From contig JBPOHQ010000007.1 in NCBI GenBank assembly GCA_052035405.1, forward strand, positions 12,292-76,291: DNA of 64,000 bases. The letters run 5' to 3'. The notes below the pieces were generated by a model. The model was not told the DNA's origin, made no database searches, and saw only the letters and a program-made list of their open reading frames with translations. Shown one piece after another: positions 10,234 to 19,638 of the stretch (position 1 is the first letter of the stretch; every line of letters starts with the position of its first letter). The position numbers were made by a program, and so were the translations under genes. The DNA is from Candidatus Nomurabacteria bacterium. Lineage in GTDB: Bacteria > Patescibacteriota > Minisyncoccia > Phycocordibacterales > UBA9973.

Positions 10234-10830
10234 ATGAAAACCAAACACATAATAATTGTAATTTTATTCGTGATTATAACTTCATACTTATTACTTAATA
10301 ATAAATTTGGAAAAGTTGCGAATAGCTGGAAATTTCAAAAGGTTATTGGGCAAACAATATTCTTTTCGAATAATCAACAATTTAATATTAACTTGTATGA
10401 CCTAAAATACGTCGGGCAACTATCTTCAGGCAAAGATAATCCGTTTTTTATAGTTTCAGGTAGAACTTGTCATAATTGTGACGAGAATCTAGCTATATAT
10501 ATATATTCTCCTAAAATAGGACTTATTAAAGAAAATAACGAACCTATAAGGTATTCATACCCAGGGAAAGAATATGATTACTCAAACAATAAACTTATTT
10601 TCGAATCCAGAATGTTCTATGGCCAGTGCTTAGATAAAAACAGTAGTTCAATTATTTGGTTTCAAAAGGAACTTGGCTCAAATGAAGTTTACAAAGAAAG
10701 TGCATTTGCTTTAGAGGTTATAGGAGAAAATATAAAAGAATCAATCAAAAAAGATACTGATTTGAGTATAGAACAAATCATAAAAAATTGTAACGAATTA
10801 CCAGGTGTTGACGTTACTACTCAACCTTAA
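10234..10830 (+). CDS. Membrane-anchored hypothetical protein, putative immunity protein
   Basis: Starts 1 bp after the RHS stop; N-terminal TM anchor; CHNC plus two further Cys. Immunity role inferred from position only. Confidence 0.65.
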   Translation: MKTKHIIIVILFVIITSYLLLNNKFGKVANSWKFQKVIGQTIFFSNNQQFNINLYDLKYVGQLSSGKDNPFFIVSGRTCHNCDENLAIYIYSPKIGLIKENNEPIRYSYPGKEYDYSNNKLIFESRMFYGQCLDKNSSSIIWFQKELGSNEVYKESAFALEVIGENIKESIKKDTDLSIEQIIKNCNELPGVDVTTQP

Positions 10831-10877
10831 AGCATAAAGGCATCAGGAGCCTTTTCTGAAATAGAATTAAAAATTTT

Positions 10878-10985
10878 ATGAAAAACTTACTTTCAAAAAT
10901 CCTAATCCTGCTCTTCCTACTTGCCCCACTTCAACCCCTCTTCGCCTCTGAATCTCAACCAGAGACCCTTGTCACATATATTTGA
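10878..10985 (+). pseudogene. Truncated signal-peptide-bearing RHS-core stub
   Basis: MKNLLSKILILLFLLAPLQPLFASESQPETLVTYI*; signal resembles FFMAPLAPIFAQE of the large RHS and stops where YIHTDHL would begin. Confidence 0.5.
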
Positions 10986-10996
10986 TTTACCGTTTG

Positions 10997-11043
10997 TTTT
11001 CTTCTAATATAGTTCTTCGAACGTTATCCCAAGTTCGGAGCAA
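10997..11043 (+). repeat. 47-bp direct repeat, copy B (att-like)
   Basis: Matches 230-276; minus strand reads LLRTWDNVRRTILEENKR*. Confidence 0.85.
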
Positions 11044-11120
11044 AGAAGTTATTATTGTATTATAATAAGATTTTATATTGTGCGTGTTATATTTTTCATT
11101 GAATCACTAAAAAATAATTT

Positions 11121-11651
11121 ATGAACTACATCTATCATTGGGTTCCAAAAGATATGCAAGGAGATGTGCTTTTCCCTTTGAATGCACTTAAAAAGACGCA
11201 TCCTGATTTGTATAAGAAACAAGCAAGTAAATATGTCGGACGAGAACAAATAATGCAATACAGGCTTCCTGTGTTGAATTGTTTATGGAACGACGTATTG
11301 CATTTTTCTCCTGTTCATCCATCAGAAGTGAAACAGGCCTTGATTGAGGCGGGTAGAAAAAAGCCTTTTGATGTTGAATTTTTTGAAATAGATCCACATC
11401 TTTTAAATCCTGAAAACACAATTGTTTATTTATACAAAGACAGCAGTATAATCGATAAGACAGAGGAAAATAATTTTGTAAAGTATAATCCTGAAGATAT
11501 AGCTCAATATTCTGTATTGCCAAAGGAAACTAAGGATTATTATAAAGAAATGCTTTCTCAAGGTAAAAACCCTCTATTATTTCATCGAGTACCACACATC
11601 CTTTTCAAGGGTTCACTTAATACGTTAAAAATTAAAAGAATGAAATTCTAA
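11121..11651 (+). CDS. Hypothetical protein
   Basis: 176-aa ORF with enzyme-like motifs YIYHWVP, CLWNDVLHFSPVHP and PHILFKG; function not recognised. Confidence 0.8.
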   Translation: MNYIYHWVPKDMQGDVLFPLNALKKTHPDLYKKQASKYVGREQIMQYRLPVLNCLWNDVLHFSPVHPSEVKQALIEAGRKKPFDVEFFEIDPHLLNPENTIVYLYKDSSIIDKTEENNFVKYNPEDIAQYSVLPKETKDYYKEMLSQGKNPLLFHRVPHILFKGSLNTLKIKRMKF

Positions 11652-11791
11652 ACCGTCGCAATCGTCGTATTTAAAACTAACACGCTAATGACCGGGGAAT
11701 GAGAGTCCTTTAGATACTGTAATTATCTTCCCTAGATTATTTATCTGATTTACTGTAGAATAGTATTATCTTACTAATTTAATAAAAATAT

Positions 11792-11923
11792 ATGGCAAAA
11801 AGAAATACAACATTAAGTCCAAAGAAGCCTTCTCGAAGATCTCATAAGACCAAGAAAAGACTTGCAATCAAACACACCATGCTTGCAAAAAAAGCAGCTC
11901 GACCAAAGAATAAGAAGAAATAA
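11792..11923 (+). CDS. Small highly basic protein (43 aa), not in the ORF track
   Basis: MAKRNTTLSPKKPSRRSHKTKKRLAIKHTMLAKKAARPKNKKK*; AT-rich leader and own terminator. Confidence 0.7.
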   Translation: MAKRNTTLSPKKPSRRSHKTKKRLAIKHTMLAKKAARPKNKKK

Positions 11924-11928
11924 TTTCC

Positions 11929-11956
11929 AAAAAACACCCCGATGAGGGTGTTTTTG
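11929..11956 (+). terminator. Intrinsic terminator
   Basis: AAAAACACCC-CGATGA-GGGTGTTTTT stem-loop. Confidence 0.75.
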
Positions 11957-11980
11957 TTTATGGTATAATCACGCTTGTTT

Positions 11981-12793
11981 ATGACTCATAAAAATTTTCA
12001 AAAAACAGTCTGGGATTTTTATAAAGAAAATAAAAGGGATTTACCTTGGCGACCAAAGAAGGGGAGAAAAGTAACCTCGTATGAAATATTAGTCTCTGAG
12101 TACATGCTTCAACAAACACAAGTAGATAGAGTAGTTCCAAAATTTATTGAATTTACAAAACATTTCCCAAACTTTCAAACTTTAGCAAAAGCAAAAGATA
12201 AAGATGTTCTCCGTTTTTGGTCTGGACTTGGATACAATCGTCGTGCTTTATACTTAAAAAGTACAGTAAAAAATATACATGAAAAGTATGCTGATATTGT
12301 GCCTAGAGAGAAAGAAACTTTAAAAACATTTCCTGGAGTGGGTGACTATATGGCTGCTGTATTGCCGGTATTTTTATATAACCAAAAAGAAGTACTTATT
12401 GAAACAAATGTTCGTACAGTCTACCTATACCATTTCTTTAAAGATGCTGTAGGTGTGTCAGATAAAGATATAGGTCTTATGATTCAAAAGACGTTACCAG
12501 AGAAAGATTTTCGAGAATGGTATTATGCGTTAATGGATTATGGTTCGTATCTAAAAAAAGAGAAGAAAGTAAATAATAAAAATCATCAAGCGTATACAAA
12601 ACAAAAACCATTTAAAGGTTCTCTCAGGTATGTACGAGGGCGACTGGTAAAAATTCTACTTACACAAAAGATATGGAGAGAAGAAGTGTATGCACTATTT
12701 CCGAATTACACAAAAGAACAGATAGATAAAGTAGTTGTGCAACTTTTATCTGAAAAATTTATAAAAGAAAATAAAAAGTATTTTTATCTTTGA
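11981..12793 (+). CDS. mutY: A/G-specific adenine glycosylase, short form without the Fe-S cysteine motif
   Basis: [31 protein letters not shown], HhH FPGVGDY, ALMDYG. Confidence 0.9.
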   Translation: MTHKNFQKTVWDFYKENKRDLPWRPKKGRKVTSYEILVSEYMLQQTQVDRVVPKFIEFTKHFPNFQTLAKAKDKDVLRFWSGLGYNRRALYLKSTVKNIHEKYADIVPREKETLKTFPGVGDYMAAVLPVFLYNQKEVLIETNVRTVYLYHFFKDAVGVSDKDIGLMIQKTLPEKDFREWYYALMDYGSYLKKEKKVNNKNHQAYTKQKPFKGSLRYVRGRLVKILLTQKIWREEVYALFPNYTKEQIDKVVVQLLSEKFIKENKKYFYL

Positions 12794-12813
12794 TTATATA
12801 CTATACTATATGT

Positions 12814-13299
12814 ATGTTAAAAAAAGCAGTGTTTGCAGGAGGATGTTTCTGGGGTCTCGAGGATCTTATTAGAAAACAACCTGGGGTAGTACATACAGAA
12901 GTCGGATATACTGGTGGTTCTGTAAAAAATCCTACGTATGATAATCATACAGGTCACGCTGAAGCCGTCGAGATAGAATACGATGATACTCTCACCTCAT
13001 ATAAACAACTTTTAAATTTCTTTTTTCAAATACATAATCCAACGACGTTTAATAGACAGGGAAATGACATAGGAGATTCGTATCGTTCAGCTATTTTTTA
13101 TGCAAATGAAACAGAAAAGAAAGAAGCAGAGGACTTTATAAAAATTGTGAACGACTCAAAAAGATGGAAAGATCCAGTTGTGACAACATTAGAACCACTA
13201 GGTATTTTTTACAAAGCAGAGGAGTATCATCAGGACTATCTAGTTAAAAATCCAGGAGGATATACGTGTCACGCTATTTATTTTGATAGTTATATTTAA
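12814..13299 (+). CDS. msrA: Peptide methionine sulfoxide reductase A
   Basis: [36 protein letters not shown]. Confidence 0.97.
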   Translation: MLKKAVFAGGCFWGLEDLIRKQPGVVHTEVGYTGGSVKNPTYDNHTGHAEAVEIEYDDTLTSYKQLLNFFFQIHNPTTFNRQGNDIGDSYRSAIFYANETEKKEAEDFIKIVNDSKRWKDPVVTTLEPLGIFYKAEEYHQDYLVKNPGGYTCHAIYFDSYI

Positions 13300-13381
13300 T
13301 TGTTGATGGGTATTATATTTCTGTAAATTGTTTAAACATGATATTATTTTAATAATATTATTATTAATTTTTGTAAAAAAT

Positions 13382-13783
13382 ATGTTAAAAGGATTTAAGC
13401 AATTTATATTAAGAGGGAATGTGGTGGACTTAGCCGTTGGTGTTGTTATCGGAGCATCTTTTAGTGCTGTTGTTGCAGCATTGGTTGAAAACATTCTTAC
13501 TCCATTGTTAGGTGCACTTATTAAAGTACCGGATTTTTCTGGATTGTTTTTTACCATAAATAACAGCAAATTCATGTATGGTAATTTTTTAAATGCATTC
13601 TTTTCTTTCGTATTAGTAGCTGCTGCAATCTATTTCTTTGTTATAACTCCTTTGAATACACTTATTTCAAAGTCCAAGAAAGAAGCACCGCTCGATCCTA
13701 CAACTAAAAAATGTCCTCGATGTATGAGTGAGATATCAATACAAGCGACCAAGTGTGCTTTTTGTACTGCTGATATTAACTAA
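13382..13783 (+). CDS. mscL: Large-conductance mechanosensitive channel with C-terminal zinc-ribbon
   Basis: FKQFILRGNVVDLAVGVVIG; C-terminal CPRC...CAFC. Confidence 0.95.
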   Translation: MLKGFKQFILRGNVVDLAVGVVIGASFSAVVAALVENILTPLLGALIKVPDFSGLFFTINNSKFMYGNFLNAFFSFVLVAAAIYFFVITPLNTLISKSKKEAPLDPTTKKCPRCMSEISIQATKCAFCTADIN

Positions 13784-14655
13784 CCTTTCTTTTTTAATGG
13801 CAACTCAACAAAAAAAGTAGTTCCTCTGTTTACACCTTTGGATTTAGCGTAAATACGTCCCTTATGTCTTGCAATGACTTGTTTTGATAAGTATAGTTTC
13901 AACCCCATTCCGTCAGGATTCATAAGTACGGCTCTTTTGTTTCTATAAAATTTTGAGAAAATACGCATCTTATCTACTAAACCAAGTCCCATACCTGTAT
14001 CACCCACAAACAAAGTGATTGTATTTCCTTTCAGGATTGAATCAACTCCTACTTCACCATTTTTTGGTGTATAAAATATAGCATTTTCAACTAAGGCGTC
14101 TATAACAAATGTTATCTTTTTTATATCCAAAGTTAAGAGTGGAATATCTTTAAATGTAGATACTTGAAATTTAAGATTCTTTTTATTTATTTCCTCTCTG
14201 TATTTAACTATTGATTTTTCAACTACATCTCTTATCGAGATAGCTTCAAAGAAATAACTAGAGGTATTATTCAGATTTTTTATTCCAGCCACTAAATCTA
14301 CTATTTCAAGCACTTTGTTTGTTGCATTTGTTGTATTTTGGAGGTAAAGCATTTTCTCGCTCTGGGGCATATCTCTCTCGAGTTCTTTTAAGAGCCACAT
14401 TATTCTGGTCAAGGGGGTTCTGAATGTGTGGTTTACTATAGAAGTAAATTCATATTCTATATTTTTCACCTTAAGGTTTAGATAGATAAAGCTTATGCCT
14501 ATAACTATGACACTGATGAGGCATATGAGTGGTATTAAATAGATAGGTAGTCCATAAATTATGGAAAACGATTCATACTTATATAATAAATAAAATATAC
14601 CCAAAAGGTATGCAAAGAAAAATAAACCCTTGAGTAATTGACCAATTTTTTTCAT
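13780..14655 (-). CDS. Membrane sensor histidine kinase
   Basis: Two TM; H-box VNHTFRTPLT; ENAIFYT, DTGMG, GMGLKL boxes. Confidence 0.9.
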   Translation of the reverse strand: MKKIGQLLKGLFFFAYLLGIFYLLYKYESFSIIYGLPIYLIPLICLISVIVIGISFIYLNLKVKNIEYEFTSIVNHTFRTPLTRIMWLLKELERDMPQSEKMLYLQNTTNATNKVLEIVDLVAGIKNLNNTSSYFFEAISIRDVVEKSIVKYREEINKKNLKFQVSTFKDIPLLTLDIKKITFVIDALVENAIFYTPKNGEVGVDSILKGNTITLFVGDTGMGLGLVDKMRIFSKFYRNKRAVLMNPDGMGLKLYLSKQVIARHKGRIYAKSKGVNRGTTFFVELPLKKKG

Positions 14656-14727
14656 GTTTGTATTATACTCTTTTTTGAAAAACTGAGAAAGTGTTTAAGT
14701 TATTATTTTGATATAATTAAGTTGTAT

Positions 14728-15819
14728 ATGAAATACATGAATAAACATACGTATATACTTATTATGGCTGGGGGAGCTGGGACAAGGCTGTATCCTAGGT
14801 CTACGGAAGCTTTACCGAAACAATTTCAAAAGATTGTAGGAGAGAAGACCCTCATAGAACAAACTTATGATAGAGCTGTAAAAATAGTAGATAAGAACCA
14901 TATCTATGTATCTTCAAATCATATCTATCATCATTTAATTAAAAAATACTTACCAGACATTCCTGAAAACAATTATATTACTGAACCTGTAAAGAAAAAC
15001 ACCGGACCAGCTATAGCATTAGCCACGGCTATTATTTACAAAAAAGATTCCAAGGCTATTATTATCTCTTTACACTCAGATCATTTAGTAGTAAAAGATG
15101 AAGAGTTTAAAAATAGCATCATTGCTGGTGTTACTGTTGTTGAAAAAAATCCTGAGAATATTTTATGTATTGGTATAACTCCTACGTCTCCGCATACTGG
15201 TTTTGGATATATTGAAAATAGTAAAAAATTTACAAGAGAAGAATCATATACTGTTTACAACGCGAAACGTTTTGTTGAAAAACCAAACTTAGAAACAGCA
15301 AAAAAATATTTAGCATCAGGTAAATTTTTTTGGAATGCAGGATATTTCATTTGGCAGGCAAAGCATTTTTTAAATGAGTTAAAACAGTTTGGTCCCGAAA
15401 TTTCAAAGGGTGTGAATAAAATTATCAATACGAGAGACAGAGCATCTTTTAAAAAAGTGCTAGATAAGGAGTTTGTCAATTTTAAAGAAATATCCATAGA
15501 TAACTTGATAATGGAAAAGACAAAAAATTTACTTGTCTTGCCTGTGGATATGGGTTGGTCTGATGTCGGTAGTTGGGATGTGGTGGTAAATATGGTAGAT
15601 AATCAATTAAAGGATATGTATGGTAATTACACGGAAGGGACAGCTATTCATATAGATACCCATAATACAACCATCTTATCTCATGATCATACCAAGATTA
15701 TTGCAACAGTAGGGTTAGATAATTTTATAGTTATAACTACCGAGGAGGCTATTGTAATAATTCCTAAAGGAAGAAGTGAGGATGTTAAAAAGGTAGTAGA
15801 GAAGATGAAAAAGACTTAA
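14728..15819 (+). CDS. manC: Mannose-1-phosphate guanylyltransferase
   Basis: IMAGGAGTRLYPRS...PKQF, EPVKKNTGPA, FVEKP, WNAG, WSDVGSW. Confidence 0.93.
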   Translation: MKYMNKHTYILIMAGGAGTRLYPRSTEALPKQFQKIVGEKTLIEQTYDRAVKIVDKNHIYVSSNHIYHHLIKKYLPDIPENNYITEPVKKNTGPAIALATAIIYKKDSKAIIISLHSDHLVVKDEEFKNSIIAGVTVVEKNPENILCIGITPTSPHTGFGYIENSKKFTREESYTVYNAKRFVEKPNLETAKKYLASGKFFWNAGYFIWQAKHFLNELKQFGPEISKGVNKIINTRDRASFKKVLDKEFVNFKEISIDNLIMEKTKNLLVLPVDMGWSDVGSWDVVVNMVDNQLKDMYGNYTEGTAIHIDTHNTTILSHDHTKIIATVGLDNFIVITTEEAIVIIPKGRSEDVKKVVEKMKKT

Positions 15820-15901
15820 AGAAGGTTCTTGTGTAGAATCTTCTTAAGAGTATAATATGAGTAACTATTATATATAGGTGCTTTTAACTTTATATAGAGA
15901 A

Positions 15902-17230
15902 ATGCCCAAAAAACAAAAGATACAGGGAAAAATAAAAAAAGTTTCAGTCTTAAACAAGAAATCCACAAAGACCCTAAAAAAGCCTCAAATGAAAACACCT
16001 GTAAAAAATAAAAAAACTATTTCATTAAAAAAAACAACTAAAAAAAACACAGGCAAGTTCCTTAAAAAGAAAACCGTAGTCAAAGTTAAAAAAGTAGTGG
16101 CTAAAATTATAAAAAAAATTTCTGCACAGAAGGGTTCTAAGAAGATACTAAAAAAGAAGATAGTTAAAATTTCAAAGAAAAAAGTTGAAGATGTTTTACC
16201 AAAAGAAGGAATCAAATTAAGTAGGGCATATGCGAATCCTATTATCGAACCACGACTGTACTCTTGGGAATCAAAAGCTACGTTTAATCCAACTGCTTTT
16301 TTTTCAAATGGAAAAATACACCTCATCTACCGTGCTGTAGGCTGGGATGATATTTCCGTTTTAGGATATGCCTCTAGTTTTAATGGGTATAAGATTGAAG
16401 AACGTCCCCCATATCACATATATAGAAGATTCTCAAAAACAGAACCAATAGGACCAAAATTAGATTATGGATCTGGTGGTGGGTGGTCTGGAGGTTGTGA
16501 AGATCCTCGAATCACCCTTGTCGGAGATAGATTGTATATGTTATACACTGCCTTTGATGGTTGGAGTTCAGTACGTATTGCTTTGACCTCAATATCTTTA
16601 GAAGATTTTAGAAAACATCGCTGGGATAAATGGGAACACCCTGTCCTCATTTCTCCTCCAGGGGAAATAAATAAAAATTGGGTTATTTTTCCAGAGAAAA
16701 TAAATGGAAAGTTTGCCATTATGCACAGTTTTTACCCTAATATTTTAATTGACTATTTTGACACCTTGGATCATTTTGATGGCAAAACAAAATTTATCAA
16801 GAGTAATAATACCCGACCAGTAGATAAGACTCGAGGTTGGGATAGTTGGTTTCGTGGTGTCGGTCCGGCTCCCATGAGAATAAAAGAAGGTTGGCTCGTC
16901 TTGTATCATGCTATGGATCATAAAAATCCTGATAGATATAAAATGGGTGCACTCATACTCGACGGCAAGGATCCAACAAAAATTTTATATAGATCATCGC
17001 ACCCTATCTTGGAACCCGAAGCTCATTATGAGAATGAAGGGCATAAGTGGGGAGTGGTATATTCTTGCGGTGCAATTATAAAAGACGGAAGACTTTTTGT
17101 ATACTATGGAGGAGCTGATACGGTAGTTTGTGTTGCTTCGATTCCAGTAGCTGAATTAGTAGACCACCTGAAGAAAAATAAAGTAATAAAATTACAAAAC
17201 GATAAAATAGTAAAAACAAAAACAAAATAA
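15902..17230 (+). CDS. GH130 glycoside phosphorylase/hydrolase with a Lys-rich N-terminal extension
   Basis: FNP, YRA, GCEDPRIT, KNWVIFPEKING, GWLVLYH, YYGGAD; about 100-aa Lys-rich leader. Confidence 0.9.
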   Translation: MPKKQKIQGKIKKVSVLNKKSTKTLKKPQMKTPVKNKKTISLKKTTKKNTGKFLKKKTVVKVKKVVAKIIKKISAQKGSKKILKKKIVKISKKKVEDVLPKEGIKLSRAYANPIIEPRLYSWESKATFNPTAFFSNGKIHLIYRAVGWDDISVLGYASSFNGYKIEERPPYHIYRRFSKTEPIGPKLDYGSGGGWSGGCEDPRITLVGDRLYMLYTAFDGWSSVRIALTSISLEDFRKHRWDKWEHPVLISPPGEINKNWVIFPEKINGKFAIMHSFYPNILIDYFDTLDHFDGKTKFIKSNNTRPVDKTRGWDSWFRGVGPAPMRIKEGWLVLYHAMDHKNPDRYKMGALILDGKDPTKILYRSSHPILEPEAHYENEGHKWGVVYSCGAIIKDGRLFVYYGGADTVVCVASIPVAELVDHLKKNKVIKLQNDKIVKTKTK

Positions 17231-17235
17231 AAAAT

Positions 17236-19167
17236 ATGTACGTAGCAAAAAGATCACAAAAAAATCCACTGATTGTTCCAAACAAAAATCATTACTGGGA
17301 AGAGTTTGCAACATTTAATGTGTGTCCAATAAAGAAAGGTGCTACTGTGTATGGTTTGTATCGAGCAATATCCGCATCAGATCAAATGCGTACCCCACAC
17401 CAAGTTTCTGTGATTGGTATTACAAAGAGTAAAGATGGGGAAAATTTTGGTGAGACAGATACTTTTATTATTCCAGAAAAAGAATGGGAACAATATGGTT
17501 GTGAAGATCCACGTGTCACGTATTTTGAGGGTAAATTTTATATTTTTTATACTGCATTATCCAAATATCCTCTTGGACCGGAAGGTATTAAGGTGGCTGT
17601 TGCTATCTCGAAAGATCTCAAAAAAGTAGAAAGTAGGCACTTTGTTACACCATTCAACGCAAAAGCAATGACCCTTTTCCCAGAGAGAATAAACGGGAAA
17701 ATTGTGGTTATGTTTTCAGCTCACACAGACATGCCTCCAGCAAAGATGGTTTTTGCTTATTTAGATAAAATCGAAGAATTATGGTCACCAATTTTTTGGG
17801 AAAAATGGAGTGAGAACATAAATAGTCACATTATCGATCCTCGACGGAATCCCTATGATCATGTCGAGGTTGGTGCTCCACCATTAAAGACAAGATATGG
17901 TTGGCTGCTTGTTTATTCTCATATACAGAACTATTTTCCAAATCCGGACAAACTAGCTCCAATCTTCGGTATCGAAGCAATTCTATTGGATTTAAAAGAC
18001 CCGACTAAAATAATAGGTCATACTCGAGGACCTATATTAGTACCGGAAGAACAATACGAGTTGTCTGGTTATATTGCTAATGTTATTTTTCCAAGTGGAG
18101 CACTTATTGAAAAAGATACGTTAAAGATTTATTACGGAGCGGCAGATACAACTTCTTGTATGGCAAGAGTAAACCTTACAGATCTTATTTACAGCATGCA
18201 TTATAGATATGCAGATACTTATCGTTTTAAAAGATTTTTAGGTAACCCTATAATTGCTCCAAAACCAGAAAACCCTTTTGAGTCAAAGGCCACATTTAAT
18301 CCAGCATCAGTAACCATAGGTGATAAGATTTATATTCTTTATCGAACTTTATCTGAAGACAACACTTCTACTATCGGTCTTGCTGTCACAAAGAACGGTT
18401 ACGATATCATAGAAAGACTCGATAAACCTATTTATGTACCAAGAGAGGATTTTGAAATAAAAAAGATTCCTAATGCAAATTCTGGTTGTGAAGATCCACG
18501 ATTAACGAAGATAGGCAATAAAATTTATATGTGCTATACAGCTTTTGATTCATATGGACCACCAAGAGTTGCTATCACTTCAATTTTAGAAAAAGATTTA
18601 GTTGCAAGGAATTTTAATTGGGCTAAGCCATTTTTAATTACTCCTGGAGATTTAGATGATAAAGATACGTGTATTTTGCCGGAAAAATTTAAAGATGGAT
18701 ATTTTGTTTTACATAGAATAAATAGCATGATTTGTGGTGATTATCTTAGTTCTCTTGAGTTTAACTCTGAACCTGTTAAAAAATGTTTGAGAATTTTAGG
18801 CCCCCGAATAAATACTTGGGATAGTCTCAAGGTGGGTATCGCATGTCCTCCTATAAAGACCAAAAAAGGCTGGTTGCTCTTATATCATGGCGTTTCAAAG
18901 AGTCATAGTACATACAGAGTAGGTGCAGTACTTCTCGATCTAAAAGATCCTGCAATAGTTCTTGCTCGAGGTAGTGAGCCAATCTTTGAACCAGAAGAAC
19001 AATATGAAAAGATTGGTATAGTAAATAATGTAGTTTTCCCTTGTGGTATGGAGGTTAAAAAAGATTTACTATTCATCTATTATGGTGGAGCAGATAGGGT
19101 TGTCGGTGTTGCCACGATGAAACTCGACATTATCCTTAAGACTCTCACAAACAGTATAAAATACTAG
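17236..19167 (+). CDS. Tandem double-domain GH130 protein
   Basis: Two GCEDPR and two YYGAAD/YYGGAD motif sets. Confidence 0.9.
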   Translation: MYVAKRSQKNPLIVPNKNHYWEEFATFNVCPIKKGATVYGLYRAISASDQMRTPHQVSVIGITKSKDGENFGETDTFIIPEKEWEQYGCEDPRVTYFEGKFYIFYTALSKYPLGPEGIKVAVAISKDLKKVESRHFVTPFNAKAMTLFPERINGKIVVMFSAHTDMPPAKMVFAYLDKIEELWSPIFWEKWSENINSHIIDPRRNPYDHVEVGAPPLKTRYGWLLVYSHIQNYFPNPDKLAPIFGIEAILLDLKDPTKIIGHTRGPILVPEEQYELSGYIANVIFPSGALIEKDTLKIYYGAADTTSCMARVNLTDLIYSMHYRYADTYRFKRFLGNPIIAPKPENPFESKATFNPASVTIGDKIYILYRTLSEDNTSTIGLAVTKNGYDIIERLDKPIYVPREDFEIKKIPNANSGCEDPRLTKIGNKIYMCYTAFDSYGPPRVAITSILEKDLVARNFNWAKPFLITPGDLDDKDTCILPEKFKDGYFVLHRINSMICGDYLSSLEFNSEPVKKCLRILGPRINTWDSLKVGIACPPIKTKKGWLLLYHGVSKSHSTYRVGAVLLDLKDPAIVLARGSEPIFEPEEQYEKIGIVNNVVFPCGMEVKKDLLFIYYGGADRVVGVATMKLDIILKTLTNSIKY

Positions 19168-19196
19168 GCACTGCTCTAATATGGTATAATGGATAC

Positions 19197-19607
19197 ATGC
19201 AAATAAAACTTGTATCTAAAAATTTAGAGTTAACGCAAGCGATAAAAGATTATGCAGAAAAGCGAGTTACCAACTTAGGTAAATTATTAACTAAGATAGA
19301 AGAAAAAGGAGGAGAAGTAAAAGTAAATTTCGAATTATCAAAAAGCACTAAACACCACAAGCAAGGAGAGGTATTTCATTCTGATTGTACGGTTAATGTT
19401 GATGGAAAGAATTTTTATTTGAGTGTAGACAAGGGAGATATCTATGAAGCGATAGATGCGGTAAAAGACGGTTTATTTAAAGAAATAAATAAAGAAAAAG
19501 ACAAGAAACAAACATTGTATAAAAGGGGAGCGAAGAGTGTTAAAAAAATGATGAAAGGTCTCTCGAAGAGAAATCCTCAAACAGGAACATATAACAAAAA
19601 GAAATAA
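19197..19607 (+). CDS. hpf: Ribosome hibernation promoting factor (HPF/RaiA)
   Basis: KNLELTQAIKDYAEKRV...DIYEAID pattern. Confidence 0.85.
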   Translation: MQIKLVSKNLELTQAIKDYAEKRVTNLGKLLTKIEEKGGEVKVNFELSKSTKHHKQGEVFHSDCTVNVDGKNFYLSVDKGDIYEAIDAVKDGLFKEINKEKDKKQTLYKRGAKSVKKMMKGLSKRNPQTGTYNKKK

Positions 19608-19638
19608 ATAAAATCCCCTCAACGAGGGGATTTTATTT
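19606..19638. terminator. Bidirectional intrinsic terminator between hpf and fmt
   Basis: AAATAAAATCCCCTC-AAC-GAGGGGATTTTATTT perfect inverted repeat between convergent genes. Confidence 0.85.
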
